Assembly (NCBI RefSeq): GCF_037042905.1
Contig: NC_087246.1
Coordinates: 12,772,001 to 12,836,000, forward strand
Origin: Lytechinus pictus
Lineage: Eukaryota
Direction of reading: 5' to 3'
DNA length: 64,000 nucleotides
This document shows, piece after piece, positions 61,843 to 64,000 of the stretch. Position numbers and translations under genes: made by a program. The notes beneath the pieces were generated by a model. It made no database searches. It saw nothing but the letters and a program-made list of their open reading frames with translations, and was not told the DNA's origin. Every line of letters begins with the position of its first letter. Positions within the stretch are counted from its first letter, which is position 1.

Positions 61843-64000
61843 ATTTGCGAGTCGCACGCAGAGAGTGGATTGATGTGATGCACGCATGCTCCACATATCT
61901 GTGTTACGATGGTCGCTTCTGAATTCATCGGCTTTGAGTTACAAGAGAGTGATTCAGCGTGCTGAATGCTGTGGGTGTGTTATTATGGCCCAGACGAAGA
62001 TGGAGCTAACGGTATAGCAAGGATCGAAAAGGCCAAACGATTTATTTGATTAGAAAAGGGAAACATAAATGATCAGTCCTGTAAATGATTGCACTTTCAT
62101 TTCCATTTTGACCAATGCCACTCACAGTTTCGGCACTTACAATAATTGGACGATGAATAAATTAATTCTTTCCCGACTTGAAACGCACCAATTTGCCAGA
62201 TTGCAATATTGCAAATAATTACTTTATACGCAGAGATGTAGATATGGTTTTGGAGGTCGATAATAAATAAACCATAAAACATATTAAAATGTCCAATTGT
62301 ATTGACACCTTGGTGTTTGGGATGTGCGTGAGAATGTGTTGGTGTGGTGAGGGAGGGTGTGTGTGTGCGAGTGTGTAACATTCACGTGTACGCTAGAGTG
62401 TATGTCTGTACGTGTTGAGATTAATAAAGGTATTAAAAATACTATGCAACAAAATTACATTACAGCATTGATTTCAATTTTTATGTGTATAATTATATTG
62501 AGATGTCTCATGACTCAATAACCTCGCAAAAGTCAATGTAATTCATTATATTGTCTTCTTTGTATTTGCCCTCCCTCCCCTCTCTCTCTCTATCCATTTA
62601 TAAACCTCTCTTCCTTCCTTTGGCTCTCATTCCATTTATCTATCTTCCCATTCTCGGCAATAATTAATAACGCTGTCTTCAGTTTGTTTCTCATTTTAAC
62701 TTTATACTTCCAATGCTCATCACGCATGTGAGAACCTTTAGTGTTTTTTTTTTGGGTGTAGATCAATTATACAAAGCTTAAACAAATATTGAAGATACCA
62801 TAAAATAATAAAACGATCATTTAAATTATAGAATGAAAGCGTCTGATAAGTAACTTCTTTTTTTAAAGTTCGTGTTCAGTCTAGAATTAAAGGTTGATGA
62901 TTATGTAATACATCACCAAACCCAATAACCAGCAATTCTTAAAAGAAAAAAAAACTGTGAAAACATGATCACTTTATGCTTGCCTCCTAATTATATATTC
63001 CAAAACACGTTTTCTGTTGAAAAAATGTCATAATGACTTTGAAAAATAATTTGAAATAATATTCAATAAAACCCATTGAATTCATTCGGTGCCATATTGG
63101 GGTCAAGTGTGTGTTTAAGGACCATTCTCCTTCACAACCCATCTACTGTAACTCCTATGTGTCGTTTATTATGGTAAAAGAAAAACATAGTGTGCTCCCG
63201 TCTGCCATTTAAAGACTTATTGTCAATTGAATGAATGAGAGGGTATTGTGTTGATAATAGTGTGGCTAGTTAATCTTGATCATCAAGAGGGTCACCCTTT
63301 TCTTGATTGTGATATGATCTATGACACTTAAGGTTTACACATCGATGAGTATGACGAGTTTGAAATTTTAATGCCAGAATCTAGTTGCATCTGTCCGTTG
63401 ACGTACAATCACCAGCATCTGGTTGTCGCGTACGTTTGAATCCATGATGGATCTAGTTACACAGAAAATTAGTCAAAATTCATTTAAGACACGACGTTTT
63501 GTGTGAAAAATCGCTTCTGTTGGGCATCAGTTTTTTATTGATCTTAATCTGTAATTTGTGATGGATCCAGTATTAAAGAATTCGGTCTCAAATTGAAGTA
63601 TTGATTTCACTAATTTTAAAGCAAATACGAACCAGGACCCCTCAAGTCATCAACTATTCATATCCGGTCAGGTTCCTAATCCATAATGCATCATTCTCAG
63701 CAGTGTAATATTGTTATATAAACCCACTTGAATGGTAAAACACTAATCGTCTACTTATTATATTCATACCACAAGTATTATGTTAGCAAGTACCTATAAA
63801 CAAGAACTTTTCCTGTAGAGATTTTTTAATATCTCTCTTCAAATGAAATGATAGGCTAATTCGTTCTCTAAATTATTAATTGTTATTAGAAAAATACATT
63901 TTAAGACTAGCCATTTATGCAGGCAGTCCATGACAGACCACACCCAATGTCGCTCCCAATTCAATGAGTAAAGAGTCAAACTGTCAAATATGAAACCAAA

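Overview
AT-rich eukaryotic genomic DNA with GT-AG introns. The gene content (a YP30/HLC-32-type two-FAS1 protein) and the repeat landscape suggest an echinoderm, probably a sea urchin (inference). Four protein-coding genes could be assembled by hand with consistent splice phases. (1) RMND1: minus strand, 9 coding exons, 13092->3564, 462 aa. (2) ZNHIT3: plus strand, 5 exons, 14026-21586, 154 aa, head-to-head with RMND1. (3) A secreted two-fasciclin-domain protein of the YP30/HLC-32/EBP/bep type: plus strand, 5 exons, 27447-29835, 341 aa. (4) A UBE2QL1-like E2 enzyme: minus strand, single coding exon, 61339->60077, 420 aa, with a ~120-aa acidic insertion inside the UBC fold. The remainder is introns and a ~30 kb stretch (30-60 kb) without recognisable coding exons. 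Both hold MITEs (TTAA/Kolobok-like, hAT-like, TA-target), LINE fragments, tRNA-derived SINEs, a HINE/DINE-1-like element and minisatellites, and there are two N gaps. Most notable observations: the split-UBC E2 with a Cys/basic N-terminus and a CLEAR-like promoter; a candidate alternative ZNHIT3 first exon that removes half of the zinc finger; an exact 123-bp duplication of the RMND1 last exon around a 144-bp insert; a minisatellite built from transposon ends; and RFX X-box motifs with orphan splice sites in the apparent gene desert.
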